Of a stretch of 64,000 nt of DNA, positions 43,013 to 52,568 are shown piece by piece (within the stretch, counting starts at the first letter, position 1; each line of letters starts with the position of its first letter). Under the pieces are notes generated by a model. The model ran no database searches and had not been told where the DNA came from. It worked only from the letters and a program-made list of their open reading frames with translations. Source of the DNA: a virus. A program made the position numbers and the translations under genes. Where the stretch lies: positions 15,693-79,692 of IMG/VR virus record IMGVR_UViG_3300032105_000042; one strand, given 5' to 3'.

Positions 43013-44086
43013 TTAACCCTCCGGCACGGTCACGGTCCACGAGGTCAGCGAGACCGTGGCAGCTATGACGATTGCCAGCGTGTTGTAGTTGAAGTCCGCC
43101 CCGGAGGTGCCAGCCTCGCCATCGATGAGGTCATCTAGCGGAGTGGGAAAGACATTGGAGGACGAACCCCGCAGCCAGCCCAGCGTGCCAGTCGCGTTGG
43201 CGGAGATATCATCCGCCACCGCCCCTGCCGTTGCGATGCCACCGGGTGCCGCATCCACTGCGGCTCCGAAGGCAGGGGTTGCCAGGTCGTGCTCGAACAG
43301 GATCGTGCCCACGGGGGTCGTGTCCGGATCCGCGACCTGCGCGCCCGTCCGTCCGACAAGAATACCGTCGACGGTGCCCGTGTCGAGCTCGTCCACGGCG
43401 ATGTCGCACATCTTGATCGCAATGACGTTGGCGATCCGGGTGTTGAGTGCCATCAAAATCTCTGCACTACCACTCGGGAACGGATCCACGGCGCTCGACC
43501 CGGCAGCGCGCTCCTCCTCCTCGCCAGCGTAGATTGGCCAGTTCAGCTTGACGACCCTGTGCTCGGTGCGCCGGTGGCTCTTGTCCAGTCCGTTCTCCTT
43601 GCGCCACTGCTTACTCAAAGTAGTCTCGATCTCGACCAAATGGGTGCCCATCGCTCGACCACCGACGACGATTGTGCCAACCTTGCCAGGGATGTGCTTG
43701 CCGTCGGGCGTGATCGCCAGCCTCTTAGCGAGCTCCTTCACGTGGGCCGCATCGGAGCGCGGGGCCAGCTTCTTCAACTCGACCTCGAACTCCTCGAGGG
43801 CCGACGGTCCCATCCACCCCTTGATCGCTGGGACGAGATGATCGAACTCGTCTCCAAAGGGCAGGTTAGACAAGCCCTGCAGCACCCACTCGCGGCCCAT
43901 CGTGGCAATCTTCGGGCTCCGGCGCGAGAAGATACTCGGTCGGATGAATTCACCCGCGCGAAACTTAGCCGCCTCGTCGAGTGTGGCAGTGTCCAAGGCA
44001 CGCATCTTAGCTGTCATAGTCACTTCTCCTGCTATCAACCCACCGATGTCCAGTGGGTAAGGTTGCGGATCATCGCGCTCGGTCAA
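43013..44086 (-). CDS. Virion structural protein (conserved C-terminal domain from MALNTRIAN) with an unrelated N-terminal half
   Basis: C-terminal PAFGAA..G.ATA....D.SANATGT..W.R, DGEAGTSGADFN. Confidence 0.65.
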   Translation of the reverse strand: MTERDDPQPYPLDIGGLIAGEVTMTAKMRALDTATLDEAAKFRAGEFIRPSIFSRRSPKIATMGREWVLQGLSNLPFGDEFDHLVPAIKGWMGPSALEEFEVELKKLAPRSDAAHVKELAKRLAITPDGKHIPGKVGTIVVGGRAMGTHLVEIETTLSKQWRKENGLDKSHRRTEHRVVKLNWPIYAGEEEERAAGSSAVDPFPSGSAEILMALNTRIANVIAIKMCDIAVDELDTGTVDGILVGRTGAQVADPDTTPVGTILFEHDLATPAFGAAVDAAPGGIATAGAVADDISANATGTLGWLRGSSSNVFPTPLDDLIDGEAGTSGADFNYNTLAIVIAATVSLTSWTVTVPEG

Positions 44087-44103
44087 ACGACCGGCTGTGA
44101 TGT

Positions 44104-44496
44104 CTAGTTAGTAGGGACTTCCTGCTTCGGTTCCCTCATCTGCGGCTCCGGGATCACTGGGGCCTCTGCCGAGAAGTCGCGCCACCTGTCCGCCAGGCGC
44201 CGACTCCAGAGCTTGGGCTTCTCGGCTTTGAGGAAAGCCAGGGTCTTGTCGCAGAGCTCCCTCGTCGTGTCAAAGTTCGCTGTGTCCTGCGCCATGGTGT
44301 ATTCCATCAGCTTCGCTTTGCAGCGGTCTACGACTTGCTGCTGTGACTGTAGAGAGATTGCCGCCAGCCCGATGTCTTGCTCGGTAGCCGACGTAAAGAA
44401 GCTGATCCCCTGAAAGGCAGCTGCGCCGAGGAACTCCTTGCAACCGCTCAGGGCTACCAGGCATATCATCAGCAGCAGGAACTTACGCATCGTCAC
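44104..44496 (-). CDS. Lipoprotein (possible spanin-like)
   Basis: MRKFLLLMICLVALSG-C lipobox at the distal end of the lysis cluster. Confidence 0.6.
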   Translation of the reverse strand: MTMRKFLLLMICLVALSGCKEFLGAAAFQGISFFTSATEQDIGLAAISLQSQQQVVDRCKAKLMEYTMAQDTANFDTTRELCDKTLAFLKAEKPKLWSRRLADRWRDFSAEAPVIPEPQMREPKQEVPTN

Positions 44497-45217
44497 CTCC
44501 TAACGCTGACCAAGAGCGGTCTAAGATCGCCCGGTAAAGAGGCCAGTTGCTCTCGTTCTCGAAGCTGTACCAGTGATCGCCGACGCTATTAGGGTTGTCA
44601 CCCGCCAGATCCCATCCGTAGAGCTCCCTCATCGTGCTCCGGAAGTTCGCGTCATCCAGTGGCAGGTCGATCCAGTTGGTCGGTGCCAAGGACCCGAGAG
44701 GTGTGTTCCCAACGAACTCACCACCGAACCCCGGCGCGAAGCGACCTAGCTTGTTCAGCACGTCGTCCGTCGCCACGTTTACCGCGAAGAACTCGATCTC
44801 ACTCCGCCTGCGAGCTACCCTAGCGGCAGCATCTAGATACTCAGCACCGTTTAGGAGCAGGACCCTGGCTGCTGGTGCGCCTAGGGACAGTGCCTCCACC
44901 ACTACTCTCGAGCCCAGACTGTGACAGACGATGTCAACCGGCTCGGCAAAGCGACGTAACCTGTCGGCAACCCTGAGGGCCTCGTCGCGGGCGAGATCCC
45001 AGGCCCAGCGATACCGGTTCCACCTACCGTGCCTCCAGGCCCACCACACGTTCCTCCGGGTCAGTGGTACGGAGAACCAGGCGTGCCGGACGGTCGGTAC
45101 TTCACCCAGCATCTCCTCCCACCGAGGGAAGGTATAGTTGTGAGGATTGTCCCTTCCCTCGGCGTCGGGATCGTACTGAAAGCCGTGGACGAGAAGTACC
45201 GAGTTGGACAGTCTCAC
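44483..45217 (-). CDS. Alpha/beta hydrolase (lipase/esterase-like)
   Basis: LLVHGF oxyanion motif, IVCHSLG nucleophile elbow, DDVL, C-terminal DHW. Confidence 0.85.
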   Translation of the reverse strand: MRLSNSVLLVHGFQYDPDAEGRDNPHNYTFPRWEEMLGEVPTVRHAWFSVPLTRRNVWWAWRHGRWNRYRWAWDLARDEALRVADRLRRFAEPVDIVCHSLGSRVVVEALSLGAPAARVLLLNGAEYLDAAARVARRRSEIEFFAVNVATDDVLNKLGRFAPGFGGEFVGNTPLGSLAPTNWIDLPLDDANFRSTMRELYGWDLAGDNPNSVGDHWYSFENESNWPLYRAILDRSWSALGGDDA

Positions 45218-45220
45218 GTC

Positions 45221-45394
45221 TTACTTGCCGACCTTGGAGATGCCTCGTGACACGACGTAAGCCGCTGCGGGACCGAAAGTCGTGGCAGCAAGCTCGGGGT
45301 CGATGTCGATCCCAAAGATCTCCATGATGGCACCGAGGCTCATGGCAATCATCGTCACCCAAAATTCGGATGTTCTTACTCCGGGACGCTTCAT
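45221..45394 (-). CDS. Small holin-like membrane protein (57 aa, not in ORF track)
   Basis: MKRPGVRTSEFWVTMIAMSLGAIMEIFG...AAAYVVSRGISKVGK*; two hydrophobic segments. Confidence 0.7.
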   Translation of the reverse strand: MKRPGVRTSEFWVTMIAMSLGAIMEIFGIDIDPELAATTFGPAAAYVVSRGISKVGK

Positions 45395-45474
45395 TTCCCA
45401 AACTCCTTTTCTTTAGGGTTAGACACTACCTGCCAGCAGGACGCGGCAGGTCACTGGAGGTATTGGGACTCCTC

Positions 45475-46056
45475 CTACTCGATCCTCTCCCACCAGAACC
45501 ACTGTCCTGGCACGGACCATGCCGTCCACCTGTACGGGAGACGCCTGCAGGCGTATATGCCTACGTTCTCCACGGGGTCGTCGGACAGTGGCAGTGGGTA
45601 CCTGTTGTCCAGTATCACGGTGTACTTGCTGGTGTCCACCGCGAGTACCGCGTGCGCCACCCACTGCTTCCCACCGACGGTCTTAGTGGGAGCGTAGCAC
45701 AGCGCGAGTCGCAGGCAGCCCCTGGGAACCCCTCTATTAACGAGCTGGTATGCCTTGGCAGCGGCATAGTCCTCGCAGTCCCCGATGCCGCTCTCAGACG
45801 TCAGACCCGGCACCTCCCAGCGATCCTCCTCACCGTGCTGCTGGAAGTCGGTTCGGTACTGCAGCTTACTCTGGACCTCGCGCTGAACAGTGTCCATGCG
45901 CCTCTTCAGAGAGATACCCAGCGGAACGCGACAGGCCGTAACTTTCCGGTCCACCCACCTGGGCAGCCTCGGCACGAGCCGCATCCAGCCCAGGGGTGGT
46001 GGGCAGCGCCCCAGCCTCTGAAGGTGCGAGGCAGAGGGTTCCAGTATCGTGCTCAC
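45475..46056 (-). CDS. Bacterial transglutaminase-like cysteine protease (BTLCP)
   Basis: YRTD....EEDRW, GDCEDYA..K, AHAVL.V, ILDNR (Cys-His-Asp triad); start at GTG overlapping the upstream stop. Confidence 0.85.
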   Translation of the reverse strand: MSTILEPSASHLQRLGRCPPPLGWMRLVPRLPRWVDRKVTACRVPLGISLKRRMDTVQREVQSKLQYRTDFQQHGEEDRWEVPGLTSESGIGDCEDYAAAKAYQLVNRGVPRGCLRLALCYAPTKTVGGKQWVAHAVLAVDTSKYTVILDNRYPLPLSDDPVENVGIYACRRLPYRWTAWSVPGQWFWWERIE

Positions 46057-46328
46057 TCTCGCCCTCCATTGATCTCTCGCACGATCCGATCCTCCATACT
46101 CTTCAGGTCCTCCTTCATCTCCCTGCGGTAGGACGTGAGACCCTCCCAGATGCGGCTGCGACCCTCGCTGGCCTCTCGGAAGCCCTCGCGGATGTCGCTG
46201 CGAAACTCGTCCTCGAGACGGTCCATCCTGCGGTGAGTGAAAGCGATGCGCCTGTGCACCTGAGCCCACGCACCACCGACCATCGCAGCCATCGCGCCCA
46301 CGATCCAATTCCACAGATTGTCTGGCAT
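46053..46328 (-). CDS. Single-TM protein with coiled-coil tail (holin-like)
   Basis: WNWIVGAMAAMVGGAWA followed by a charged helical region; directly after the endolysin. Confidence 0.55.
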   Translation of the reverse strand: MPDNLWNWIVGAMAAMVGGAWAQVHRRIAFTHRRMDRLEDEFRSDIREGFREASEGRSRIWEGLTSYRREMKEDLKSMEDRIVREINGGRE

Positions 46329-46331
46329 CGC

Positions 46332-46880
46332 TTACAGCCTCAGCAGGAACTCGTTGGCGCGGTTGACCCAGCCCTCCAGCCAGATCAGCTGGTCGGGACG
46401 GTGCTGTACGAAGTCGGAGAAGCCCTGGTAGCGTCGGGCGAGTAGCTCCCTGTGGGTCTGCCGCCAGTGCCGACCGTTGACGGCCCCAAGTGTGATGCTG
46501 CCAACTATACCATCCGTGTCAACTCCGACGACACCCTGCAGCCACCTCGCGGTGCGGTGGCGACCATGCAGCACACCGGAGTCGGTGACCAGAGCGCGGA
46601 GCTCGGGGTGCACTATCTCGCCGAAGCGTGGCCTCTCGACGTATAGCTTCTCGTAGATGTCTCGCGCTTCCGCCTCGGAGAGCGTCCGTATGGACTCCCG
46701 GCACTCATCCTTCGTCTTGGGTACACAGCCTCCTATGTACTTCCGGTACTCCACCAGAGCGGGGACGGTGATGCCCCACCGCGTGGGACCGCCTCGGTCC
46801 TTGGGGTGGTCCGTGAAGCGGCTGCCCTCTCGCCTGAGAATGTCACCTACGACGTCGATGGCCACAGCTAAGTCACCCAC
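46332..46880 (-). CDS. Endolysin, glycoside hydrolase family 108 with PG-binding domain
   Basis: ILRREG..FTDHPKDRGGPTRWGIT, LQGVVGVDTDGIVGSITL, FLEG-like WLEGWVNR. Confidence 0.9.
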   Translation of the reverse strand: MGDLAVAIDVVGDILRREGSRFTDHPKDRGGPTRWGITVPALVEYRKYIGGCVPKTKDECRESIRTLSEAEARDIYEKLYVERPRFGEIVHPELRALVTDSGVLHGRHRTARWLQGVVGVDTDGIVGSITLGAVNGRHWRQTHRELLARRYQGFSDFVQHRPDQLIWLEGWVNRANEFLLRL

Positions 46881-47188
46881 TCCGTAGGCATCACCATCCT
46901 GAGTTTGCTCTTGTCCAGGCCCTTGCCCGACGCCAGCACGCAGCTGATACCGCCAGGCTTGGTCAGAAGCAGGGTCCAGGTGCCCTGACTCGAGGAGGCT
47001 AGGATCTCCAGGAGGCCATGCTCCTCCATCATCTTGACTTCGATCAGCTCCTCTTCGTACTCGGACGCCAGGCGATTGAGCATATCCACACGGTCAACGC
47101 ACAGCATCTGCGCCACTGCGGGCGTGGCTGCACTCGCTAGGAGCGACAGCACTATCGCCAGCGCTCCTAGCAGTCTAGTCATGCTCAC
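46868..47188 (-). CDS. Secreted protein of a type common in Alphaproteobacteria
   Basis: Signal peptide, C.DR..M...L...YEE, GTWTLLLT.PGG.SCV..SG. Confidence 0.65.
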   Translation of the reverse strand: MSMTRLLGALAIVLSLLASAATPAVAQMLCVDRVDMLNRLASEYEEELIEVKMMEEHGLLEILASSSQGTWTLLLTKPGGISCVLASGKGLDKSKLRMVMPTEWVT

Positions 47189-47511
47189 ACTCCAAACATC
47201 TTGAATAGGCAGCCGTAGCGAGTTATCCAGGACCGACCTTCCGGGTCCTCGCTGGGATAGATGATGTTTACCACCACTTCCACCGACATATCGTTAATCT
47301 CAATCACGATCTTGTTCCCCACCTCCAACGGTGCCGCGACCTCGTGTGGAATTACCACCGCGTCCACAGGACCGCAGCAGCTCTGTCCAAATCTAGTCTC
47401 GTACTTCACGATGAAGGCGTACTCGCCGTGGGCTCTCGCCACCTCAAGTCGAAGGATATACACGGGAATGGCTACCATTACAACTATGGCCATCCTAAAG
47501 AGGAATATCAC
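47185..47511 (-). CDS. Signal-peptide-bearing hypothetical protein
   Basis: Hydrophobic N-terminus, AHGEY, SCCG..D. Confidence 0.55.
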   Translation of the reverse strand: MIFLFRMAIVVMVAIPVYILRLEVARAHGEYAFIVKYETRFGQSCCGPVDAVVIPHEVAAPLEVGNKIVIEINDMSVEVVVNIIYPSEDPEGRSWITRYGCLFKMFGV

Positions 47512-47524
47512 CCTTGTCTCCTTC

Positions 47525-47923
47525 CTAGTAGCAAGCGTCGCACATGATTACCGTAAGATCATAGCAGAGAAACATGGTGCCACACCTTAGACACCTCCGA
47601 TGCCAAATCTTTTGTTTTTCATTTGTGCTCGCGATCCTCTTTGACAGACCTATCATTTTGTTGCGGATCGCACCGTCGCCACGCCTGAGTATTGGCACCA
47701 TTTGAGATACGGTTAGACCCTCTGCCTTCAGTTCGGACAGCCGTTTCAATTCCTCCACTGTCCACCGGATCCGACGACGACGCGGTAGTTTTAGCACAGC
47801 AATATGGTTACTGACAGCGACCTCGGTGCGACCCATGATTACCGAGATTTCCGGTACAGTCTTGTGCTCAACATTCCACATCTGGGTCAAGGAGTCATTG
47901 TCTATGTCAAGCCAGTCTGCCAT
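47525..47923 (-). CDS. GcrA-like / Myb-like HTH regulator with C-terminal Zn ribbon
   Basis: Two repeats of W...e...L.E....G....I...L.R....A (e.g. WTVEELKRLSELKAEGLTVSQMVPILRRGDGAIRNK); C-terminal CxxC..CxxC. Confidence 0.6.
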   Translation of the reverse strand: MADWLDIDNDSLTQMWNVEHKTVPEISVIMGRTEVAVSNHIAVLKLPRRRRIRWTVEELKRLSELKAEGLTVSQMVPILRRGDGAIRNKMIGLSKRIASTNEKQKIWHRRCLRCGTMFLCYDLTVIMCDACY

Positions 47924-48204
47924 GTGGGATTACTTCGCACTACCCCAGAGTGAAACTACCACCTGATAATTCTACCACTACAATACAGCGTAGCAGGCTC
48001 TCAGGACTACAGCTCCCCCGGTGGTTCGAGGTGGTCCTCCGAGCTGGACTCCTTACTTCGCACGCAGCAGTTCAGCATATCGATGGCCTCGTATATCCGA
48101 TCCCAGTCAACGTCGTAGTCCTCGTCCTCCAGCCAGAAGCCATAGATCAGCAGCGGGTGGTAGTATCCGCTGTCAACACTGGGAGTACCCGTCGCTGCCA
48201 TCCC

Positions 48205-49593
48205 CTAGTCCTCCGGCTCCTCATCCTCCTCAGGGGGCTCCTCGCCACTGAGAGTGGGTTGCATGAATAGGTTGGAGGGTACCGCGTGGACCTTACCATC
48301 GTCGTCCGGCAGCGGCTCCTCCCCGGCCCGCGCCCTGATCTCGTCCGCCTGGAAGGCCCAGGGTGCGGCCTTGATAACGGACAGCTCGAACTCCCTGTCG
48401 TCGGGGACCGGGCTGTCGAAGTCCAGGATCAGGCGCTCGTCGAACTCTGGCACCAGCGACTGCTGGAGCACCGCTCGGCGAAGCTCCAGTCTCGGAAGGA
48501 GGACGTGCCTTGCGTACAGCACCTCCGCCATCTCGATGGTCGCGCGGTTGGAGTTCTCGATCACGCCGAGCATCTCCGGTGGTATACCATACACCTGGAT
48601 TATGGTGTCGCGCTGGTTCTGCAGCAGCGGGATTAGGCTCAGCTCCTCGAAGGTATTACCCAGCCTCTCGATCTTGAACCTGGTCCGGAGGAAGTGCACG
48701 AGGCCCGCACCCTTGGTCGGGCCTCGCAGGCGACGCTGCCAGTCCTCGCGGACTCTCTCCAGCTGCTTGGACTCTATGGAGCTCCCACCCTCGCTGTCGG
48801 GCATCGCCAGGAACGGTGGGATGGAGTTGTTCTCCAGCCGGGTCCGGATGGTGACGGACGCGGCCTCGTTCGCCTGCAGCTCGTCGCCTAGGGAGCGAGC
48901 GGTACCCGAGCCTCGGCCGAAGGGATCGCGAGGGTTGGGGTCCCGGTAGTAGATCACGTCCTCCTGCGGGATCGGCTCCGGAATGCCCGACCGCCCGAAC
49001 TGCACGTCGTAGAATGGGCGGTCCCGCGTGGGTAGCGAGCGGACCCAGTGGGGTGGTACTGGCAGCAGACTGGTCACCACTCCCTGGCGAGTGCGCTCGC
49101 TGACCAGACGACTGGCCCGCTCCTTGAGCTGGAACGCCTCCCCGACCAGGTCCATGTGCGCCTGAACCAGCTGGCTGCTCGTCGTGCCAGGGAAGATGGG
49201 GGTGCCAGTGTTGATCAAGTCTAGAAGCGGGTGATCCTCTATCTCCACCAGCTCGACGTCCCGCCGAAGGGACACCTCCCTCATCAGGCGCTGGCGCGAG
49301 CGGTGACTGCCACGCTGCAGCCTCGAGACGCGAACGGCTCGACCCCCCGCATCGCGCACAAACATCAGTCGCCAGGTCGTGGTGGCAACCGAGTGGGAGA
49401 CCTTGTGCACCACCGCGCGCAGCCAGGGCATCCGGCTGTAGGCATCCAGCAGCTCCGCCGTCGATCGGAGCGGGGCCGTCCCTATGCCAAGCGTCCCTCC
49501 CCCCAGGACGGCCGACAGGAAGTCGTCGCTGGCGGCGCGGACGTGGGGTGGGGCAACCTGGTAGGCAAGCCAGCTGCGGAAACCGTCCAGCAC
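48205..49593 (-). CDS. Portal protein (HK97 family)
   Basis: WLRAVVHKVS, HMDLVGEAF, YYRDPNPRDPFGRG, YGIPPEMLG.IENSNRAT, ADEIRARAG.EPLP. Confidence 0.92.
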   Translation of the reverse strand: MLDGFRSWLAYQVAPPHVRAASDDFLSAVLGGGTLGIGTAPLRSTAELLDAYSRMPWLRAVVHKVSHSVATTTWRLMFVRDAGGRAVRVSRLQRGSHRSRQRLMREVSLRRDVELVEIEDHPLLDLINTGTPIFPGTTSSQLVQAHMDLVGEAFQLKERASRLVSERTRQGVVTSLLPVPPHWVRSLPTRDRPFYDVQFGRSGIPEPIPQEDVIYYRDPNPRDPFGRGSGTARSLGDELQANEAASVTIRTRLENNSIPPFLAMPDSEGGSSIESKQLERVREDWQRRLRGPTKGAGLVHFLRTRFKIERLGNTFEELSLIPLLQNQRDTIIQVYGIPPEMLGVIENSNRATIEMAEVLYARHVLLPRLELRRAVLQQSLVPEFDERLILDFDSPVPDDREFELSVIKAAPWAFQADEIRARAGEEPLPDDDGKVHAVPSNLFMQPTLSGEEPPEEDEEPED

Positions 49594-50289
49594 GACTCGC
49601 GAGCCCCCGTACTACCTGAACGAGTTGAGGATGACCCAAACACGCTGCCGGACAGCCTCTGCCCGCTCGGCTCCGATGCCGACCAGCACCTCGTCGAGCG
49701 ACGCGACGGCACCGTCTACGCGCACCCGCTTGGACTTGGCTGGTGGCCTGGCTTTGGCCTTGGCCTTGGTCTGGGTCTTAGGATCGGCCACGGCCAGACC
49801 GTGCTTGGCAGTGGGCTTCTTCTTCGTCGGCTTAGTCGCCATGGTTAAGATCTCCATCTGTGTCGCTGCGACTGCGACGTTGGGGGTTAGCCAAAGGCAT
49901 GGAACACCGCTGCCCAAGCAGCCAGTGTCACTATGACGTGCAGCCAATTCCTAGAGGTGGGCACCGCGGATTACCGCTTGGGTGCGGGCCGGTCTCCACC
50001 CGTTGGGCGCGGGCCGGTACCCGCTATCGCTCGGACGCTCGGAGCACCCGCGTCGGGTGGGTCCTCCACCTCGGGCAGCACGACGATCTTCTCGCCCACC
50101 TGCTCCAGACGCTGCTCGTCGATCCACTCAGGCTCAGGCTTCTTGCTCACCTCGTGACAGCGCGGCTGGATCAAAGCCTGACCGCACCCGGTGATGTATA
50201 GTAGGCATATCCGGTCGCGACGCCCTCGTAGCCGGTGAGCAGGTCCCTGTACTTGCATCCTATCTTGATCATGCCGATCTCCTAGTTGA

Positions 50290-50487
50290 TTAGTTGAGGG
50301 GGCCGATAGGCCCAGCATACTCCCGTACCTCGTGTGGCTTGCCATCGATCGGGTGAAGGTTGACACTGCCACACTTTGGACAGTGGAGGTCCGGTGAGCC
50401 ACGTCTGGTGACGCACCGTCCGAAGGTGAACTTGGAGGAGCAGCCAAGGCAGCACCAGGGCTCGTCCATCACGTCAACACTCTCCAT
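50290..50487 (-). CDS. Small Zn-ribbon protein
   Basis: CLGC...CPKCGS. Confidence 0.45.
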   Translation of the reverse strand: MESVDVMDEPWCCLGCSSKFTFGRCVTRRGSPDLHCPKCGSVNLHPIDGKPHEVREYAGPIGPLN

Positions 50488-50515
50488 CCCGCATCTCCTG
50501 GCTCCCAGTACCCTG

Positions 50516-52168
50516 TCAATACAGGTTCCAGTCCACCTCCTCCTCGCGGGACCGCACCCAGTGGAGGAACTGCGACATGGCGTCCACCTGATCCTTGTAC
50601 CGCGAGCGCGGGAAGGTCTCGACCTCCTCCTCGAACTCCGGGAGCCAGTCGGCCTCCTCGGGTAGACACACGTTTCCCGCCTCGATCGCCGGGGTCTCTA
50701 TGTCCATCCGGGTGACCTTGTCCCTGTCGGGTCTCACGCCGAACACGGACAGGCTGGTCCTCTCGCGGAGGTACTGTATCAGCGCCGTCCCGGACGCCTG
50801 GTCCTCGATCAGAACTACCGACGGGTGCCACTTCCGGGCGTGGCTCCTGGCCGTCCGCTCCAGCGTCGGGATGTTCATCCGGCGGCGCAGCACGTGCAGC
50901 AGGTAGGACGCGGTCCTCGTGACGGCCCAGGTCTCGCAGACGGAGTAGGCATTCTGCTGCCCACCCTTGTCGGCGGTGTCCCACGACTGGACGACCTGGA
51001 GGACCCTCTTCTTGCCCGGTGGGGCACGGTACCGCCCGAACCAGCTCAGCTGCACCAGGCCTCCGCCGCGCGGCGCGGGACGCATCTGGAGCTGGGCGGC
51101 AGCACCATAGGATCTCAGCTCGGTCTTGAGCTGGTCCACGTCCTCCCGGTCGTAGCGCCGAGGCCAGAGCAGCTCGTCCTCCTCCCGCCTGGGGTCCCAG
51201 GAGTAGTCCCCGCCGTTCCCCACCAACCGCCTCCGCTCCTTCTTCCTCTCGGCGCGAGGACGCACGCAGGTTCGGCAGCTCCGGTCGGGCTCGAACTCCA
51301 TCGGCAGCATCAGCTCGACGTAGTTCCCCTCGCTGATGAGATAACCCGCCAGGTCGTCGGAGTGGAGCCGCTGCATTATCACCACGAAGGCCGACGTCTT
51401 GGGGTCGTTGACGCGGGTGGACATCGCCTCGCTCCACCAGGTCAGCACACCCTGCCGCTTGGTCTCCGACTCGGCCTCCCGCACCGAGTGGGGGTCGTCG
51501 GCCACGACCACGTCGCCGCGCTCGCCGGTCGACACTCCGTCGGTCGAGGTGGCGAGTCGGTGGCCCATGTGGTCGTTCTGGTAGAAGGTCAGGGTGTCGC
51601 GGTCGTCCACCATCCGGAACTCGCTGCCCCAGCGGCGCTGGTACCAGGGGGACCGGATGACTCGGCGGCACCTTATACTGTCCCTCGTCGATAGGTGCTG
51701 GACATACGAGGAGAACATCCACCGCTTCCACGGCTCGCCCAGCGGACCCCACACCCAGGCGGGCCAGAAGACCGCCACGGTGAGGCTCTTCATGGAGCCG
51801 GGTGGCACGAGTATCAGCAGGCGGTTGATCTCGCCGCGAGTGACTGCCTCCAGGTGCTCGCAGATGGCCCCTATGTGCCAGTTGTCCTGGAACTCGCGGC
51901 TGGGCTCGACGATGGGCCAGGCCTGGCGGGAGAACTCCCTCAGGCTACGCTTGGCCTGCTCCCGCCGGATCTCGTCCATTACCTCGGACGGATCCGGTCG
52001 GGGAGTCGTCAGGTCGTAGCTCGGCGGGTGGCTCAATCTCTGCCTTTGCGTGAAGTCTCTCAAGGTCCGCAAGCTCCTTGTCGGTGAGTCGGGACAGGTC
52101 GATGTGACGCTCGGGGTACAGCGGCTGCCCGTCGGCGCCAGTAACCTCCTGGCGTCCCACGTAGCCAC
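50516..52168 (-). CDS. terL: Terminase large subunit (true start probably near 51979)
   Basis: LLILVPPGSMKS Walker A, VVADDPH, IMQRLHSDDL, QSWDTA, IEDQASG, DQVDAMSQ nuclease motifs. Confidence 0.93.
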   Translation of the reverse strand: MATWDARRLLAPTGSRCTPSVTSTCPDSPTRSLRTLRDFTQRQRLSHPPSYDLTTPRPDPSEVMDEIRREQAKRSLREFSRQAWPIVEPSREFQDNWHIGAICEHLEAVTRGEINRLLILVPPGSMKSLTVAVFWPAWVWGPLGEPWKRWMFSSYVQHLSTRDSIRCRRVIRSPWYQRRWGSEFRMVDDRDTLTFYQNDHMGHRLATSTDGVSTGERGDVVVADDPHSVREAESETKRQGVLTWWSEAMSTRVNDPKTSAFVVIMQRLHSDDLAGYLISEGNYVELMLPMEFEPDRSCRTCVRPRAERKKERRRLVGNGGDYSWDPRREEDELLWPRRYDREDVDQLKTELRSYGAAAQLQMRPAPRGGGLVQLSWFGRYRAPPGKKRVLQVVQSWDTADKGGQQNAYSVCETWAVTRTASYLLHVLRRRMNIPTLERTARSHARKWHPSVVLIEDQASGTALIQYLRERTSLSVFGVRPDRDKVTRMDIETPAIEAGNVCLPEEADWLPEFEEEVETFPRSRYKDQVDAMSQFLHWVRSREEEVDWNLY

Positions 52169-52568
52169 GACCCCGGCCCTTGTGCTTGAGGTAGAAGCAG
52201 ACGGCGCGGAGATGATCCCTGCGCCCGTCGGCGCGCATCGCCGCGATGAGCTTGCTCTCGGCGAGGTCGAGAGTCTCGCTCTCGATGCTCACCATGACCT
52301 CCTGCAGCTCGGGGTACTGGTCGATGTACCTCTTTATCATGTCGCTCTTGTTCAGGTGGCCCAGGCCAGTTGCGTTCTTCAGAAGGTTCGCGGCCTGCGT
52401 CATTATGCCACCGGTCGCACGAAGGGCGTCGGCAACCTGCCTGACCGTATAGAAATCCTTCTTCCGGTACGTGTTCTGGCGGTGAGTAGCGAGACCATCG
52501 TCGCGACCGGCGCTGTTGCCCACCCGCCTCCTCGCGCTCAGACGTCTGCGCTTGATTCTCTTTCTCAT
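51945..52568 (-). CDS. terS: Terminase small subunit
   Basis: Directly upstream of terL; ALRATGGIMTQAA HTH, LDLAESKL, AVCFYLKHKGRGRGYV, EVTGADG. Confidence 0.75.
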   Translation of the reverse strand: MRKRIKRRRLSARRRVGNSAGRDDGLATHRQNTYRKKDFYTVRQVADALRATGGIMTQAANLLKNATGLGHLNKSDMIKRYIDQYPELQEVMVSIESETLDLAESKLIAAMRADGRRDHLRAVCFYLKHKGRGRGYVGRQEVTGADGQPLYPERHIDLSRLTDKELADLERLHAKAEIEPPAELRPDDSPTGSVRGNGRDPAGAGQA

